A DNA stretch of 64,000 nucleotides, taken from contig CM022678.1 of the NCBI GenBank assembly GCA_012295275.1, positions 5,952,001 to 6,016,000 on the forward strand, written 5' to 3'. Both the position numbers and the translations under genes were made by a program. Position 1 is the first letter of the stretch, and every line of letters begins with the position of its first letter. The notes under the pieces are model-generated. The model was not told where the DNA came from. It did not search any database and worked only from the letters and a program-made list of their open reading frames with translations. The stretch is from Chrysomallon squamiferum (taxonomy: Eukaryota > Animalia > Mollusca). Positions 1-11,901 of the stretch are shown here, piece after piece.

Positions 1-13
1 AATAATAATAATA

Positions 14-55
<42 letters not shown>

Positions 56-79
56 GTAGTAATAATAATAGTAGTAGTA

Positions 80-143
<64 letters not shown>

Positions 144-173
144 TAAAAATAACAGTTATATAATCTAACTCAC

Positions 174-496
174 TCTTTCAGAAGAGGCAATTTTTTCTGC
201 CACACTTTTCCTTCCCGTGCCAGTCTTCGCATCTTTCAGTTTCTGTTTCGTACCACCAGTCTCGGCATCATTCTTCACGTCCCCGGAGTTATCTTCCCTG
301 TTGTCACTGCTCCTGCTACGCTCTGATTGGTCAGGAACGTGGCCGCCATTTTCCTGATCACTGCTTCCATGCGACAAGTTGGTTTTCTCTTGGTTTTTGT
401 TCTCGTCTTTCTTGTTCTGTTCTTGAAACAGATACTCTTTCGCGTCTGCTTCTTGTTTCTTTTCTTTCCCACCAGTTCCTCCATATACTCTCTCAT
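174..496 (-). CDS. J-domain protein exon 5 (charged low-complexity region); gene continues beyond the left edge
   Basis: ttttgtag acceptor, open 323-bp exon, phase 1 to 0, strong GTGAGT donor at 173. No stop codon is reached inside the window. Confidence 0.75.
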
Positions 497-844
497 CTAC
501 AAAATATTTACTTGTAATAATAATAATAATTTACAAAAAAAAAAAAAAAAAAAAAAAATATAAAAAGAAATACGATATTTAAACACTTTTGTTTAAATAT
601 GAAGCAGCTGAAAATATTATTTTCGTAATATTATAATTTATACAATCTCCATTGCTTAACAAGATATGAATAAAAAAAAATAAAAAAAATTAAAATTAAA
701 AAATCAATAAAATAAATCAACTGGTTGCTACTGGTAACTGCTCAGATGGATAACTAAATAATGATAATAATAAAAATAATAATGATGATGATGATGATGA
801 GGATGATGAGGATGACGATAAGAGCAAAAAGAATAAATTTTAAC

Positions 845-1135
845 CATTTTTAGCTTGTTGTCTCTTCTCTTCGTATCGCTTCCTTTTTTCTTTTCTCTTC
901 TGTTTCTTTGCGTTGATGTTGATGTTGTTGTTGTCGCTGGCTGTGTTGTACTGCTTCGACCCCCAAGACCGATATTCAAAGTCACTGTCGGAGCTGTCGG
1001 AGCTGTCATAGATGTTAAACGCCGATGCGCGGTTTGGCCTTCGTGGCACAAACATTTCCGACGGATGGAAAAATGAAAATGGATGGAACACTCCAGCAGG
1101 ATGAAACACTCTTGTTGGGCGAAAGATTCTTTGAC
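845..1135 (-). CDS. J-domain protein exon 4 (xFHP repeats, acidic Ser patch, basic KKQKRKEKRKR stretch)
   Basis: ttacttcag acceptor, 291-bp open phase 1-1 exon, GT donor at 844. Corresponds to ORF 840..1199. Confidence 0.75.
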
Positions 1136-1242
1136 CTGAAGTAAGATAAAAAAAAATAAAATAAAAAAAACGTTTTACTGAAAAACAAAACCATGTCAAC
1201 TCTTTGGAAACACTTCAGTAGGTCTGGTAGACCGAAGAAGTA

Positions 1243-1665
1243 CAAGTACTCATGTCCTGGTTTTATGGTACAACAAAGAAGTACATTTACTTCATGTCCT
1301 GGTTTTATGGTACAACAAAGAAGTAGATATACTCCATGTCTCTGGTTTTATGGTACAACAAAGAAGTACATGTATCTCATGTCCTGGTTTTATGGTACAA
1401 GAAAGAAGTACATTTACTCCATGTCTCTGGTTTTATGGTACAACAAAGAAGTACATGTACTCCATGTCTCTGGTTTTATGGTACAACAAAGAAGTACATA
1501 TACTCCATGTCTCTGGTTTTATGGTACAACAAAGAAGTACATGTATCTCATGTCCTGGTTTTATGATACAACAAAGAAGTACATTTACTTCACATCCTGG
1601 TGTTATGGTACAACTAATAAGTACATGTACTTCATGTCCTGGTTATATGGTACTCCTATGAAGTA
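1243..1665. repeat. Minisatellite, 42-43-bp unit, about 10 copies
   Basis: The unit gtacatttacttcatgtcctggttttatggtacaacaaagaa is repeated in tandem within a J-domain gene intron. Confidence 0.92.
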
Positions 1666-2329
1666 CCCATATATACATCTTGATACATATTGCACAGGGA
1701 AGAGCTCAAGATTTCAATCATTTTGATGTAGACTTTACTACACAGGAAGGCCACACAGACACACAATCACACATCAGCCAATAAACAGAGTTCCTACCAT
1801 GAAATCTTCCTGGTTTTGTGTTCATTTAAAAACACCAGAGTCCTACAGGTTAATACTAACAAATATCTGGAGTGAATCATTCATTTTTTCCATAAACAGG
1901 ACAGCACATGTCGTAGACTTTGACTAACCAGGTATTTTCCCGAATTGAAACAAAAATTTGCTGGTTCATTTCGAAAAAAATGAGTTAAAATTATAAAGTT
2001 TCAGAACTTTAAATGAAAACTGATTCAGAACAAATTTCAAGTACTCTGTGTATTTATTAATTAAACTTACCACCAAAAAGCCAAGGAAACAGTCTAATCA
2101 GAACTTCCACCTGCAAAGAAAGAACCCCCCACAAAAAAATTAAAAACTGATGTATCTTGTATGTATCATACATATACGTTTGTTTAAAATGAAAGTTGAT
2201 GGGACAGACATTTTCAACAGGTTAATTCTCACGAAAATGAAAAGAGAAAGAAACAGGAAAAGATGTTAATGTTTTTAAAACTAATATCACAATGTAGATG
2301 TTAATAATATGAAGAAGAAGATGAAGACA

Positions 2330-2382
<53 letters not shown>

Positions 2383-3697
2383 TGACAATAATGAGAATAA
2401 TAATAATAATAATAATAATGACAGTAACAATAACTAATAATAATAATAATAATAAAAATAATAATAATAATAATCATAATAATAATGATAATAATGATAA
2501 TAATCATGATAACAATAATGAAAATAATAATGAGAATAATAACAATAATAATGACAGTAACAAAAACAGTAATAATGACCATAACAACTATCATAATAAT
2601 AATAATAATAACAATAACGTAATAATAATAATGACAGTAACGATAACAGTAATAATAATAATAATAATAAAAATAATAATAATAATTATTATGACAATAA
2701 CATCAGCAACAACAACAATAGGTATTCTTTTCAATAATGCTGCACACACTGTGAAAGTTTTTCATATCCTCATGCAGAACATGTTACCTTACAAAAGTAA
2801 AATAAAATAAAATAAAATAAAATAAAATTAAAAAATAAAATAAAATAAATAAAATGTAAAAATAAAAAAATAAAATAAAATAAAAAATAAAATAAAATAA
2901 AATAAAATAAAAAAAAAATAAAAATAAAATAAAATGAAATAAAATAAAATAAAATGAAATAAAATAAAAAAAAATAATGTAATATAAAATGAAAGGAAAT
3001 CAAATTTTCAAACAGAAATAAAACAACAAAAATAATGTTGTGGACCTAACAAAAATAATAATAAAGTTTTAAAATTTCAATATCTTCAAAATTATGTTGT
3101 GGACCTAACAAAATAATAATAATAACAATAACAATAACAATAATAACAACAACAAATAATAATAATAATAATAATAATAATGATGATGATGATGATGAAG
3201 AAGATGATAATAATAATAATCATAATACTAATGACAATAACAACAATAATAATAATAATAATAAACAATAATAACAGTAATAAAATTATAATAATGATGA
3301 TAATAAATAATAAACTAAATGATGATAAAAATGATATTAGCAATAATAATAAAAATAATCATAATAATACTAATGACAATAATAACAATAAAAAATAATA
3401 ACAACAATAATAAAATGACAATAATAATGAAAATAAATAAATAATAAACTATAAAATGATAAAAAAAATGATAATAATAATAATAAATAATAAAATAATA
3501 AAATGATGATAAAAAAATGATTTATGAAAACTAAAGTAAACCAAAATAAAGTTGATAATGGATGAAAACAGTTGTAATAATAATCATGATTAGTGAAAAG
3601 AAAACAAAACTACTAAACACTACTTACTACTGATGATAATAATAATAATGATAATAATAATAATAATAATAATCATGATAATAATAACAAGAATAAC

Positions 3698-3735
<38 letters not shown>
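2330..3735. repeat. Compound (AAT)n/(AAC)n/(AAAAT)n microsatellite field
   Basis: Directly visible. Confidence 0.9.
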
Positions 3736-3742
<7 letters not shown>

Positions 3743-3795
3743 ATCTAAGATATTTCAGAAACCACACCTCATAGAGTAGAAATGTTTGATCTTAC

Positions 3796-3862
3796 CTTCA
3801 ATTAAGAATTTGTATGCACAACTGATTTCCTGAAATCTTTGTGTGGCGCCCTCATCATCATT
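3796..3862 (-). CDS. J-domain protein exon 3 (NDDEGATQRFQEISCAYKFLIE)
   Basis: ttttag acceptor, GTAAG donor, phase 0 to 1. Matches J-domain helix III (AxxxFxEIxxAYxxL). Confidence 0.92.
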
Positions 3863-3969
3863 CTAAAAATAGAATTTAAAAAATAATTACCACACACACA
3901 CACACACACACACACACATAAATAAATATGACACACCCCAGCTGTGAAATGGATACCCCCCCCATCAAA

Positions 3970-4011
<42 letters not shown>

Positions 4012-4564
4012 ACAAGTTTCATAAATTGGCTAAAATTTTGTTGCTCTTTCATGAATTTAGCAAGAGCAAATGTTGCAGAAATCATTAACGTGTATGAAAA
4101 TGAGTTAAAATTATATACACTAAGTCTTTAGTCATAATCGTTGAGGTTTTTTTTTTTGATTTTTTTTTTCAGAACAATACATTTTCAACTCATTGTATTT
4201 ACATCACAATCATCTCGTCCCCTTAGTCACACAATGCAATCAACTTGATCCCATTATTTATTTACTTATTTTTATTTAAATCTGTTTAATTTTTGGATTT
4301 ATCGGTCTTTACAGTTCACTAGAAAACACTGCATTATCACAATGCCTGTTAAAACAGTCACAACATCCAAGCATAATAAAACAGTATAAATAGTAACAGC
4401 AATGAACTTTTCAATGAGGAACACATTTTAAAAATCAAAGAACATTATTAATGAATTCTGTATTTTATTTTAATTGTACATAAACATAAACTCAGAGAAT
4501 AACAACAACTACTACGACAACGGCAACAATAATGACAACATCACCACCACCGACAAGAACAACT

Positions 4565-4600
<36 letters not shown>

Positions 4601-4753
4601 TAAAAATTAAAAAAAAAAAAAAATATTTCAATACAAACTTTATCAGGTATGTGCTTCCTGGCTGACGACAATAACAATAACAATAACAATAACAAGAAGA
4701 AGACACAATAAAAAATTATTTAAACAACAGTAATTATAATGACAATTACAAAC

Positions 4754-4806
4754 CTTATCAGGATGGTGCTGCTTGGCTAGTGTTCTGTACTTTCTTTTGA
4801 TGTCAT
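4754..4806 (-). CDS. J-domain protein exon 2 ((D)DIKRKYRTLAKQHHPDK), contains HPD motif
   Basis: AG/GT-bounded 53-bp exon, phase 1 to 0. Canonical helix II plus HPDK signature of J domains. Confidence 0.93.
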
Positions 4807-5101
4807 CTATATTGAACAAAACACATTATTATTTCAACATTTTGCAAACACAGAGACGTACAAACAACACGAATGAGCTACACATTAGTATATCATCATC
4901 CTCATCAAATCGTGGTGTCATTAACATCATCATTAGCATCAACATTATCATAATCATCACTAACATCGTCATCAATATCATCATTATCAACATCTGTACA
5001 ATTCTGAACTGTTATTTTATTATGCTTATGAGGCACTGTATTCAGTTGCTATATGTTGTAATGGTAGATATATTATTTTAATTACAAATTTCAATTTTCA
5101 C

Positions 5102-5165
5102 CTTCAGAGGCATCAAATGGTAGACCCAGGATTTCCAAACATCTTTGTTTCTCTCTTCCAGCCAT
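5102..5165 (-). CDS. J-domain (DnaJ/Hsp40) protein, coding exon 1 (MAGREKQRCLEILGLPFDASE)
   Basis: ATG at 5165, acceptor tttcag ending at 5179, donor GTGAAA at 5101 (phase 1). An in-frame TGA lies 3 codons upstream of the ATG. The sequence matches J-domain helix I (xxILGLxxxAS). Confidence 0.88.
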
Positions 5166-5455
5166 AATTCTTCAAACTCTGAAATCGAAACAGTAACGAT
5201 AACGTTTGTAAAATGAACTACTTTCTTTACTCAGCAAGAAAAAAAAATTCTCTACGCACCTTCCCATAGGTGGGAAGCAAGTGCCACAGCAATCCGGTTG
5301 TGGGGAAAAATGGCTGGAAAGGGAACACAGCTAGGTGGTGGGAGGTGAGAAAAGCTGAACCCAAGAACAATCTTGTCTCAGGTTAGTTTAACCTTTTCCA
5401 CAAAAAATAAATATACTTTATGAGATTTCTGTTTCCTGTAGTTTCTTATCCTTAA

Positions 5456-5508
<53 letters not shown>

Positions 5509-6027
5509 TAAGAAAGAACAAATGACTAATCATTTCGTGATTTTCCATTTAACACTAAAGCTCTGGAATAACGTCCTAATTGTGTCTGTACATCTGTCTT
5601 GTCTTTACCATTGCATTTGAGTCCGGAGACTAAAATTGGCTGATGAAACAGCACAACAATAAAACATCGCAGTTCTGTTACCACATACATAAATAAAAAT
5701 AAATTATAGTACTTAAAAATCTATTTCTCAAATTTCTGGGGACTGTACAGCCTGACTGTCTATCAAACTCAGCAAGTATCATCTTAAACTCAAAGACAGT
5801 GTCTCTTAGCATTTATTTAATGTCATATTTTAGTCTCAGTCTAGTAAACTGGTCTAGTAAATGAGCCTTGTTCTGTTTTGTTAAATTCTTTCACTGAAAA
5901 ATTATCATTTCATACAAATGTTTTGCAGAAATCAAAATATTCTAATCCATATTCCTTTTATGTTTAAGATTAATACACCCTTTATTTCTGAATTAAAATC
6001 TCCCAACCTCTAAAAAGTTAAGATTTA

Positions 6028-6060
<33 letters not shown>

Positions 6061-6702
6061 AAGAAACAAAAAGAAAACATTAAGTTTTTATATTACCTGT
6101 TACCAGGAAGTGAACTCAAAGATAAAATGTTATTTTTGTAACTATCATAATATACATTTTTGATTTTTATTATCACAATATATATATATTTTTATTATTA
6201 TGATTATTATTATTAATTTAAAAAAAAAATAATAATAATAATAAAATAACAAACATGCCAGTCATGCAAAATGTAGAATTTGTTATTACAAAAAAAAAAA
6301 AAAAATATTAATAAATAATAATAATGACACATAAATAAATAAAGCTTGCTTAGAACATTTTCTTATAATATAAATTATATTTAGTTTTATCACCAAACCT
6401 GTAAAACTATGGACTTTATGCAAAAACAGCAGATATGTACAAAAGAAAAAGAAGAAAAAAAAAAAAATAAGAAATAAACTTTTATCTTTTCTTTTTCTTT
6501 TTACATTTCCTGGAATAATCGTATAACAACTCTTCTTACTAACATGAAAGTGAAAGTAAACCAACTTCCTTATGCGGAATTGTGGGTAATATCGTCCACT
6601 GTCAAGATAATTAATATTTTTCTTGAATATTTATAAATACGTGGATGTTCCTTTCCAGCGCGATGTTCTTAAAACATTTATTCGTGAAAGGAAATTATTT
6701 AC

Positions 6703-6840
6703 CTTGGAATATCGATAATGTGGAGTTCGAAATGCAAGTGTTTAAATAACCCGGCCACAGCAGATACAAGCCATTCTTTATCTTCTTTCCTTGTACTTTC
6801 CTCCATTTGAATGACGTTCTGCAGCAGCAGTATCACGACA
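6703..6840 (-). other. Putative 5' exon of the J-domain gene, carrying a uORF
   Basis: Non-repetitive, GC-richer island with a CAAG|GTAAAT donor at 6702. Coding exon 1 has an acceptor that needs an upstream exon. The upstream boundary is approximate. Confidence 0.45.
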
Positions 6841-6866
6841 AGTCGGAGTGCAGGGCTAAACTGCGA

Positions 6867-6950
6867 TAGTTAATAGAATCAGTCATTAATGCATTAGTTA
6901 ATAGAATCAGTCATTAATGCATTAGTTAATAGAATCAGTCATTAATGCAT
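6867..6950. repeat. Perfect 28-bp tandem repeat x3
   Basis: tagttaatagaatcagtcattaatgcat starts at 6867, 6895 and 6923. Confidence 0.95.
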
Positions 6951-6952
6951 TC

Positions 6953-6988
<36 letters not shown>

Positions 6989-7260
6989 CAACAACAGCAG
7001 CAGCAACAACAACAACAATAATAATAACGAAACACAAAAACAACAATAATAACAATAATAACGATAGCAATGTTAATAATAATAGTAGTAGTAGTAGTAG
7101 TAGTAGTGATAATAAATAAATAATAAATAAATAAATAAATACTATTAAATTAAATTAAATTAAATTAAACAAATAAATAAATAACAGTAACAACCATGAC
7201 ATCATTATTAAAATACAGTCTGATGGATGAATGGACACACTATCAGTTCTTTCTGCTGTA

Positions 7261-8270
7261 CCACGTGGCCTGTTTGGCATTATTAAAATTACCGCTATAT
7301 TACGTCATAATTTGGAATTGGGCAAAGGCTTAGAATTACAACACCCAATGTTTAGAGCTATTAAAATAATGTAGCTATATTTTCACCTTATTTATTTATT
7401 TATTTATTTATTTATTATATCGGTTGTTATTTTTATGGAGGTATATTGAAAGGTCGCTACAAAGCTAATTATGACGTCAAACATAATAGCAACGTTTGCG
7501 CGTGAAAGCTGAATTGTAAGACAGCTGGATTTTAGTAGCTAGTAAGCATTTATTTATTTATTCATGTATTTAATGTTTTTATATGAATGTTAGGGCAGCT
7601 TTGTCGTGAATATAACCATTTATATATGTTCTGGCATAGTTCTTATTATTTATTATTGGTATTTTGAATATTTGTAATTTTATTTTTCATTATATTTTTA
7701 AGGCTAAAGTATATAGAAGAATACTTTTATGAAGCAAATGTGAATTCATATTTTCTAACTTGTATATACATGCATATACACTCACATACACACACACATA
7801 CATACATACATACATACATACACATACATACATACTTACGTACGTAGTTATATGTTATTATATACACACAAATACTCAAACATACGTTGAGAAAGAAATG
7901 ACAAAACTGAGAATGAAGACATAAACAAACAAATAAGAGAAGTAACTGGGCCTTTTATTTTTGAAATCTAGGATCCCGGAACAAGTGTACTTTCCAAGAA
8001 CTCATAATGCTTACATGTCAACATACACACTGATATATTAACTTATGATTTCTTATCAGTTTGTAACTACACTTATGTTATGAAATGGTGTCGTATATAA
8101 ATTAATTCAAAAATCGGTTTAAGAGCCCTTATGTTTTCCCCTAAAGGGTATTCTTTCTGTCAAACGAAAACACGTCATAATCACATGACCAAAGAATGAA
8201 AACAAAGGCTCAAAGTGGATCGGTCGGCTGACGTAATCAGCATCCAGCACAGACGATATGATTTACGTCA
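7261..8270. promoter_or_regulatory. Cluster of ACGT-core bZIP/bHLH sites in the divergent intergenic region
   Basis: CCACGTGG 7261, TTACGTCA 7300, TGACGTCA 7472, CACGTCA 8171, TCACATGA 8181, TGACGTAA 8229, TTACGTCA 8263. Confidence 0.4.
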
Positions 8271-9059
8271 GTTTTGCACATGGACTTTCATCTTTCTTCT
8301 ATCTATATTGATAACAATATTATATATATTTTCGAACGTATAAATTCTTCTTTCATTTTTTTTTTTTTTAGTTATCTGTTTATAAGATATTAAATATTAG
8401 TGTAATGGTGGGGCGGATAAATGTGATATGATCCTTCATAAAATAACTGTTCTAGGAACAAACAACCAAGTATAAGTTAGATTTCATTTGGAATAACGTC
8501 TGTGCTATTTTGGTCATTGTTATTGTAATGAATTATCTGTTCTGTTATTAATGTACTGTTAAATACCACATGAAAAACTGTTAATCATAATACTGAATGT
8601 ACTGTTAAATACCACATGAACAACTGTTAATCATAATACTGATTTTATTTTCGAATGTTTAATCTCTTCTATAATGAAATTTACCATGGTAATTATACCA
8701 ATTAAAGGTGTATAATGAATAGTACAGTACGTAATTTCATATTTTTGAAAATTTACTTTTCATTTATTATTTATTTTTGTTATTTTTCTAACAAAGAAAA
8801 TAAATAGCTAAATCTGGATGGACGTGCTAACTTAGATTAAAGCGAACCAGTTACAAAAGAAATGATTGATTCGAAGCTTCAAGCACATCCGTCTCTTTAA
8901 TAATATTATTAAAATATCAAAATTATTAAAAGATAAACTCGTGTAATTATTTATTTATTTATTATTATTACTTTTATTATTACTGTTTACGAAGATCAAA
9001 TATTCTTTGAAAGGTTCAACAGTAAAAAAAAGTTTGGCGGTCTCTGTTTTAGATTATAA

Positions 9060-9216
9060 AGTTAATTCCCGCCATTGTTTGACCCAAAAGGTCAAACTTT
9101 ATCCAATCGTTTTGCTTTTATCAGCGAGGTGAACAAGGCGGAAGTCGTAGAATGTGAATGAATGTTTTGTGCAGTGAAGAATAAGAACATGGATATAAAA
9201 ATACGGTGTAACGGAG
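9060..9216 (+). promoter_or_regulatory. Putative promoter and non-coding first exon of the OATP gene
   Basis: CpG-containing island with TTCCCGCCAT (E2F/YY1-like, ~9066) and GGCGGAAGT (ETS-like, ~9137), followed by a GAG|GTGGGT donor at 9217. Confidence 0.35.
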
Positions 9217-11579
9217 GTGGGTGATTTGCTTTGCACTTTTCATTGTTTTATTATATTAAATCTGTTTTTCCGCCGTAATATGTTAAATGGCGATTATTTT
9301 ACAAATCTGTGAACGTGATATCAGCTGATTGCCAAGATCTCAACGCCTACTTTGTTATTGGCGGAATTCATTAAAATCAATATGTAGGCAAAGAAAAATC
9401 AGTGATGTTCATAAAGAAATGTATATGATAGATTCATCCTATTATTATGTTTCATTTGGAAGAATTCTAGTGGTAACGACGAATGTTTCTTTTAATACGA
9501 AATACTACAACATTAATAGCTAGGTAAAACGTATTATCGCAGTCTCGCCAACAGTATTATTATTAGTGTTTTGTTTACTTCCAATAAAAAAGAAAAAACA
9601 GAGCTTTATATATAATTAAATAAATAAATAAATAAATAAATAATAATAATAATAGGTAAAACGTATTATCGCAGTCTCGTCAACAGTATTATTATTAATA
9701 TTTGTGTTTTGTTTACTTCCAATAAAAAAGAAAAAAGCGCAATATATATATATATATATATATATATAGATAGATAGATAGACAGACAGATATGTAATAT
9801 AATATATAAAAATAAATAAATAAATAAATAATAATTATTAATAATAATAATGATAATGATAATAATAATAACAATAACATGAATAAATAAATAAATAAAT
9901 AGAAATTAAAATAATTAAATAAAATTCCAGTGATTAAGTTACTAGTTAGTACAACTCTAACTAAGCATATTTGGAAAGGACTGTATTTCTCGAAACTGAA
10001 TATAACTGTAGCGTTTATAGTTAAATTATTCTGTCTAAGTAATTCATAATTTATTGTATCTCCACCCATTTCCAAGGGCAGGTATTTTCTTTTTGTTATT
10101 TTTTATGTGTTGTAAAAGCTTAACTCCATAAAACAACACTTCGTAAATGAAGTCAATATAGTGTATTTTATGAGAAATAAAATGTCAGTTGTTGAGGTTT
10201 GTCAGCCTGTACTTTACATAACTATTCCAGTTAGCAGATGGTTACATTATTACAGCTAAAATTGTTTAATTTATCCTTCCTGTGGTCATTGACTGATATA
10301 GCTTTCTTTCTGTTTGTTGGGAATTATAGGAAGGAAATAATTATAATTATAATATAGAAGAAGCTATTTATAAAATTATTCTATGCCAAAACTCTGATGA
10401 ATGATGGTGTCTGTTTTACAAATAGTGAAATACATTTTATATATTTGTTTGCTGAAACTGCAGACTAAATATAGATCTTGTCAACTGTGGATTTAATACT
10501 TCTGCTGACAATTAATGTGACAATTTTCAGGGTTTTTGAATTATTTAAGGTTTTTGAAAGTTTTTGTATAAACTGCATTCAGAAGTGTTAAATTATTTTC
10601 ATATTGGTGTGTATGTGTGCTTGCAGATGTGTATACAGAGTCAAATTCACGTACAACTGTGATGTTTGGTAATATGTTCTTTGTCTTGCATCTTTGACTT
10701 GTATTAACTACCTGTAAGGCCACAAGATTAACTTATGTGACCAGCCTGTAATTTTATTCATTGTTTTTAGCTGTTCGGAGAGCTATGGTGAATATTTTTC
10801 ATATTTTCCAGGTGAAAGTTTGAAATGGAACAAGAGTAATCTTGTTTTTAAACTTACTTCTTATTGATAGATAAATGAACATTACATAAATCAAATCATA
10901 TAATGATGTACTATTAAAAGAATGTGCATGTGTGTGTGGGCGTGCATGTGTTATATATGTATGTGTGTGTGTCTTCCTGTATGTTTCAAATTGTACTCAT
11001 TTAATGATGTTTGTTTACCCTGTGTAACATTCCAATAAACAGATGATTACAAAATAACAACAACAACTTTCCTATAGTTTTTGACTAAAATAGCCTACAA
11101 CCACCCAACAACCGCACTCCAAATAAAATCTTCCCAAAAACAACATCAATAAGAAGACGAAAAATAATAATAAATAAATAAAAATATATTTATAAAACGA
11201 TTACATTGTCATTTTGGATTACAACTAGACAGCCACTCACCCTTCCAAGAAAAAACCCAAATAAAACATTTACAGAAAACATTTACAGAAAACATTTAAC
11301 ATGTAATCTTCATGAAACCCAAAGAATTACGTGTTCTCTGCAATATATGGCCTAACTGTTCATAAAAATTTCTCAAGATACTTGTAACTGACAGATAAAA
11401 TACTTCAGCAATTTCTTAAAGTGGTTGTTTTTTGGGGGTTTTTTTTTTTGGTTTGGTTTATTTATTAGTTTATTTGTATCTTATTTCTGATAGAGGGAGA
11501 GCATTGTTAATCTTAGCATTTTATTATAAACACTGTTTATTTCTACGTAGAACGTATGTAAACATACAAAGGTCATCTA

Positions 11580-11611
<32 letters not shown>

Positions 11612-11718
11612 ACAGACAGACACACACACATACATTTATCCAATTTTAACTTTCCATAAGACAGCACTCGTATATATATATATTCACACATACATAATTA
11701 TGCACATCACACACACAC

Positions 11719-11763
<45 letters not shown>

Positions 11764-11859
11764 GACAGACAGACACACACACATACATTTATCCAATTTT
11801 AACTTTCCATAAGACAGCACTCGTATATATATATATTCACACATACATAATTATGCACA

Positions 11860-11901
<42 letters not shown>

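Noticed and set aside
1193-1726. Repeat ORFs and a CRISPR-like periodic array
   Set aside because: Contiguous 42-43-bp tandem units with no unique spacers and no cas genes, in a eukaryotic intron.
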